64,000 nt of DNA, taken from contig OZ025725.1 of NCBI GenBank assembly GCA_964019335.1, positions 310,001 through 374,000 of the forward strand, written 5' to 3'. The position numbers were made by a program, and so were the translations under genes. The first letter of the stretch is position 1. Each line of letters starts with the position of its first letter. Under the pieces are notes generated by a model. That model was not told the DNA's origin. It ran no database searches and saw nothing but the letters and a program-made list of their open reading frames with translations. This DNA is from Diplonema japonicum. Its lineage: Eukaryota; Protista; Euglenozoa: Diplonemea. Of this stretch, positions 57,467 through 64,000 are shown in pieces.

Positions 57467-58265
57467 GAAAGCCTAAACCCCCCACTAAAAGAATCTCGGG
57501 GGAGAAAAAAAAAAAAAAAACGAATAAGGTAGAATTTATTTTCGCAACGTGGGACCCAATGCAATGTGATGCTAAAAAAAGAAATAAATTCTTCCTTTTT
57601 TCATTTATTTAGTTCCCCCCCCCCCCCTCTCATTTATATTTCCCCCCTTCCCTTATGTAATAGCGCGTGGTTGTATTCAAAAAAAAAGTTATTTCCGCAA
57701 CATGAGGAACATGGGAATAAGTAACTCGTTATCCCCCCCGTCCCTCTATTTGTTGCATCATTGGAACAAGAATTTAAAAAAAAAAAAGAGAGAGAAATGT
57801 GATCCAGTTTCATTTCTATGTGGTATTTCCCCCCCCATTTTATTTTTCATTTCTCTTCTGCGGAGATATAAAGCAAAATGAATCCAGAAAGAAAATGCCG
57901 AATGGAAAATATTTTAAAAGAAAATCTGTACCATGGATTCCCGGAAAATAATATTTTATTCCTCTCGTCTCCCTTCTTTTCGCTGATGGTGTCGTTGCTG
58001 TTACGCACCTCTTCCGTCATAGCGGAAGAAGAAGAAAGAAAAAAAAAAAAATGAAGGGTTTTCCTCACTACCCTTCTGTACCTGTTTACTATTTGCCGTC
58101 CTAGTTTTTTTTTTTTTTTTTTTTTTTTTTTTCTTTTTTTCGTACACGTTTTTTTTATTTTTATATTTTTTTATCCCTCTTTCTCCTTTTTTTTTTTTTT
58201 TTTCTCTTTTTTTTCCCCCCTCTCCGATTTTTACCTAGCTGCCTTAAGGGAAGTGGCAACAACAC

Positions 58266-58685
58266 ATGGCAAACGGCTATTCAGTACCGCCCTCACGATC
58301 TGTGTGTATTTTGCGTCCCCAGCGTGCCTGCATGACAAAAAGTGTATTCCCTGCTTACAGACACAGGGGGGACGGTTCAAGGGACTCTTGGATTCAGGCA
58401 GCTAACGAGTCTGTGAAGTCAACATCATCCCACAATCGGAGCCAGACGGAGGGCAGGACCAAGCAGGTGAAACAACGGACGTATCCACCATCTCTTGAGC
58501 TGATGAAGCTCCCGTGCATCTCTTCCGCCACCCGTCCCCTCCTCGTGGCCACGGTGTCCACCCGCGCGGATCAGCTCGAAGACGAGTACCTCTCCCAGAT
58601 GTCCGTGCAGGAGCTGAAAAAAACACAGCTGTATTCATATCACATGAGAAAGAAGGCCAAAAAGGTGTCCATGACGAACACATGA
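58266..58685 (+). CDS. Hypothetical protein
   Basis: 139-aa ORF filling a coding-like island after a long polypyrimidine tract and AG. Confidence 0.6.
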   Translation: MANGYSVPPSRSVCILRPQRACMTKSVFPAYRHRGDGSRDSWIQAANESVKSTSSHNRSQTEGRTKQVKQRTYPPSLELMKLPCISSATRPLLVATVSTRADQLEDEYLSQMSVQELKKTQLYSYHMRKKAKKVSMTNT

Positions 58686-58951
58686 AAAATGGAGGGGGGG
58701 GGGGGGGGGGAGAAAAAAAACGGGAAAAGAATTTAAAAAAAACCCGCCTTTTTTACAAGGGGAGGGGACACTACATTACGGGGCAACGGGAAAAAAAAAA
58801 AAAAAAAAAAAAGAGCCCGTTTTTCTTTGTTTCCATCATGATTCTTTGGACTCTCCGGACTCTGCTTTTTTTTTTCTTCTTCTTCTTTTTTTTTTTTTTT
58901 TGACCAAGGAAGCGGGAGGTCAAAAAAAAAAAAAAAAAAAGAACCCCTCCG

Positions 58952-59686
58952 ATGGCGATGATGATACACATACGGTACCAAGGGGAGCTGCGGGGGGTGG
59001 AGGTGGGGGTGGATGACACCGTGGGACACCTCAAAGAGAAGATAGGGAAGATCGTGGAGGCCGACGTGAAAATGCTGAAGGTGTCCTTCGACGGCACGGA
59101 GCTAAGGGACGACGAGGCAGGGGTAGGCGAGGTAGGGGTCGCCTCAGAGGACGTCATAGATGTAGACATCGTGTTCGGCTGGGTTCAGGTAGACAACGGC
59201 GTACTGGTCACCAACAAGGGCATGACGTGTGCAGTGGTGCATGAAGACGTGGTGGACTACCACACAGTCCTGGCGAATGTAGTCAACACATCAGGGTGCC
59301 TGTCATGGGGCATCAAAGTCCACTGCGCCCGGCACTGTTGCTTCGGAGTCGCGGAACACGGGACAGTCGACCCCATGGCAAGCACGCTCTTGTGGGGATC
59401 TTGGTTCGGCTGGCTCACTACAGAGCGCATCCTTTCCTGGTGCAACAACGGGTCCATTGACCAGCTCCTCACCTCTGCGAATCACGTTGAGTACGGGCAC
59501 AGGGCTACCTTTTCCGATGGTGATACGCTCTTCTTTCGTCTCGACCGCGATGCCGGCACCCTCAGCATGCATCGTAACGAGACGTATGTCCACACTGTGG
59601 TGGACATCGCACCTCATGTCCCGCTTGTTCCTTTCTGTTGGATGGACTATAAGGGGGAGTCCGTCACTCTTGTGAACGCGCCTTGA
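58952..59686 (+). CDS. Ubiquitin-like domain + SPRY/B30.2-like domain protein
   Basis: DTVGHLKEKI UBL; SGCLSWGIKV..CCFGV, FSDGDTLFFRLDRDAGTLSMHRN SPRY-like strands. Confidence 0.75.
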   Translation: MAMMIHIRYQGELRGVEVGVDDTVGHLKEKIGKIVEADVKMLKVSFDGTELRDDEAGVGEVGVASEDVIDVDIVFGWVQVDNGVLVTNKGMTCAVVHEDVVDYHTVLANVVNTSGCLSWGIKVHCARHCCFGVAEHGTVDPMASTLLWGSWFGWLTTERILSWCNNGSIDQLLTSANHVEYGHRATFSDGDTLFFRLDRDAGTLSMHRNETYVHTVVDIAPHVPLVPFCWMDYKGESVTLVNAP

Positions 59687-59688
59687 TT

Positions 59689-59722
<34 letters not shown>

Positions 59723-59769
59723 GGGCTGGTAATTTGGGTTGGAATTAATCAAAATAATCGCAATCAAAG

Positions 59770-61291
<1,522 letters not shown>

Positions 61292-61292
61292 A

Positions 61293-64000
61293 ACATGTAC
61301 GTCGACAGTGAACGTGGCCTCCCTACGCAACCAAATAGAGGAGGTTACGACGAAGCTGGACGTCGACGTGATCTGCACGCAGGAGACGGCGCTGACCTTA
61401 GCTGGGCAGCAGGAGATGGAGCGGGAGCTCGGGAAGAAGACGAAGAAGAAGTGGAAGCCGATGTGGGGACCGCCGCAGCCGGGAAGGAAGGTGGAGGGAA
61501 TCGCTTCGAACTGGGTAGCGCAGAGGGGAGGACTGGCAACCCTAATCCGAGAACCCAGGACAGCATTGCCAGGTTCTCTGGACACCAACGACCAATCTGA
61601 AGAACAACGCAGGAGGTGGCTGCACACTCAGGTCGCAATCGATGGCAAACGCAGATGGCTACATATCATATCGATATACTGCCCGGCAGGAACAGGACGT
61701 GAAGAGACCGCAAAGAGGGAGACCCTCCTCCACTACATCCTGCGGAAGAAGGCGAAAGAGCTCGGCAATGTGCCAATACTCGTCGTTGGCGACTTCAACA
61801 CCGACGAGGCAAGATCCCCGGAACTGCGGAAGGCACTGCAGGCAGGATGGGCGGACACAGCGGACCTATGCGCAAAATGGAGAGGGAAACAACCTGATCC
61901 AACGTTTGTACGGGAGAACTGCGCCACGCGGATCGACAGGATACTGGCAAGTCCGGAGGCAGTACCGGCCATCACCGGATGCCAAGTGAACCAAGCGATC
62001 AAGGGGACGAATCACCGGACACTGACGGTTGCGCTTGAGCTCGACAGATTCAGGATGACGGTACAACGATACATGCTGCCGAGGGGTCTGGAGACGGCAG
62101 ATGAGCCAACGGAAGAACAAGGAGCCGAAGCAGTGGAAGCAGCCGGATTCCGACAGTACCTGCACGAAGGAAATATAACAAAAGCCTTCGAGACCCTCTC
62201 CCGGTGCACCGAAGACCTCCTCATAGACCAACCAGTGGGGACGCCGGGGAGGGCAGCGTACGTCGGAAGAGGCAAACACACCAGCACAAAGGAGAAGGAA
62301 GTGTGTGCACCAACGACGACGGGAACGGTGGGTGCAGCTACAACGTGGCAAGCGCGACTGGAAAAGCTGAAGCTCAAGACGCGGACACTGCAACAACAGC
62401 TCGAGCAAGCAGTTGAGGACAAGGGGCTAAGCAAGCCGACCCTGAACACGATAAGAAACGTGAACAGGGAAGCAATGGCTCTGGCAGTTCCATCTGAACC
62501 GGTGCCGCACGACGCTGTTCTCATAGAGGACATGCTGGCAGCAGCGCTGAACATGGAAGACGCAATTGCAGCTGAGGAACGGAAGAAAAGGACCGAGGCG
62601 AACACGTCACGGAGACGAGAATACCTGGCCGAGGTTGCAGCAGGACGCGAGACAACAAGACTGGTAAAAGTCGCGAGAGGCAAACGTCAAAGCGACGGAA
62701 CCAGGGCGGTCAAGGAAGGGATGGTGCTCTTTGCGTCCCCCGGACTGATCGACAGCGTCATGCGCAAGGCGTGGAAGACCGTCTTTGCGAAATACGAGTC
62801 CCGACCGGAGCCCCTCTATGCCCCCTTCAAGGCAAAGTACAGCAAGTTCGTGCAACGGCATGAGATGGAGAGGACACAACTGACGGGAGCAAGGCTGAGG
62901 GAAGTGCTCAGAAAGAAAAGCAAGAAAAGCGCGGCAGGCATCGACGGGTGGAGGATGCTAGAGCTACGGAAACTACCAGAGTCAGTACTAGACGCCTGGG
63001 CGATGCTCTTCCATGCGATCGAAGCAACGGGGAGGTGGCCGGAAGCCATGAAAACGGCACTGGTTACCCTCGTACCGAAGTGCGACGATGCGGGACCACT
63101 GGAGCACAGGCCTATCACAGTCACATCTGCGGTGTACAGACTCTGGGCATGCGCGCGACTGTCTGATATCCTCATCTGGCAGGAGAAATGGATACACGAC
63201 AAGCAATACGGATTCCGCACTGGTTTCGGGACAGAGGACGCACTTTTGGACCTCGCCCTTGACATCGAAGAATCCATTCTGGAGGGGAAACCGCTAGTCG
63301 GGGTGGCACTCGACTTTGCGAAATGCTTTGACAGTGTACCGCAACAGCTGGTTCTGGAGCTGGTGGAGGACATGGGCATGGACACAGGCATCCTCAGGGC
63401 ACTGAAAGGAATGTACGCAGGCATGCGGTTCAGGTACGCAGCAGGCGTGGGGGAGGAGTTCCACACAACCAATGGAATCCTTCAGGGATGCCCGATTTCA
63501 GTGGTACTCATCAACGCGCTGTTGGCGGTACTAATGAAGCAGGTGGAGAACGACACAGGGGTCCGCTCGCTGTCTTACGCGGACGATGCATACCTCTTGG
63601 CACGGCTCGGTGCGGCGTTGCAGGAAGGCGTAGACGCAGTGGAAGCCTTCTGCAAACAGGTGGGGATGAAGCTCAACACCAGGAAGACGAAGACCTTTGC
63701 AGTGAACAGGAAGACACCGGAGGTGAAGGTGAAAGGCGAGGAACTGCAGCCGACACGGACTGTAGGAGTACTGGGAGCCAAGCTGCGGACAGACGGCAGG
63801 CCGCAAACCAACGGCGACAGGACGGCGGAGGCACTCGGGACGCTGAGCAGGCTGGGAGCAACGCCGTTGTCCTTTCAGCAGAAGGCGAAGATCATCAGCA
63901 GCACGATCCTACCGAGCTGCCTCTACGACTGCCCATTCTCACCGCCGAAAACGGGACAAATGGCCACGCTGGTGAAGGAGACCACGTACGCGCTCTGGGG
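61293..64000 (+). CDS. LINE endonuclease-reverse transcriptase ORF (partial; absent from the ORF track because it has no stop in the window)
   Basis: APE motifs TVNVASL, DVICTQET, ISIYCP, VVGDFN, RIDRIL, TNH; RT motifs SAAGIDGW, RPITVTSAVYRLW, QYGFR, LDFAKCFDSV, GILQGCPIS, YADD (63576-63587). Confidence 0.92.

Noticed and set aside
58537-58560. CC-TCCTCGT-GG motif resembling an HDV L3
   Set aside because: Inside a probable CDS; the P1, P1.1 and P2 partners cannot be assembled.

Overview
Eukaryotic (euglenozoan, most plausibly diplonemid-like) genomic DNA. About 27 host protein genes all lie on the + strand, separated by spacers rich in poly-A/T/C/G tracts; homopolymer lengths may be unreliable. 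Genes: DMT transporter, p25-alpha protein, GP63-like M8 protease, amastin-like protein, divergent actin, EF-hand protein, STE/Cdc15-like kinase, CDK-like kinase, GH76, sterol desaturase-family protein, PhyH-like dioxygenase, two pirin-like proteins, GILT, two truncated globins, TLC protein, two Fe-SODs, three sphingosine-1-phosphate lyases and two ubiquitin-like fusions. Several ORFs in the track are wrong because genes carry short (35-77 nt) GT-AG introns; many are filled with poly(A), and one is purine-only apart from the T of GT. Mobile DNA: two decayed piggyBacs, a GAG...CTC TIR element in two copies, several MITE-like repeats and an APE-RT non-LTR retrotransposon running off the right edge. 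Strongest observations: (1) a dispersed short repeat, in two copies, whose 5' part folds into a complete HDV-like self-cleaving ribozyme; (2) poly(A)/all-purine cis introns with no polypyrimidine tract; (3) a GILT with in-frame TGA at the catalytic Cys (UxxC, probable selenoprotein); (4) an Fe-SOD pair in which only the second copy has a PTS1 (-SKL) tail. All calls are by eye; no database searches were run.
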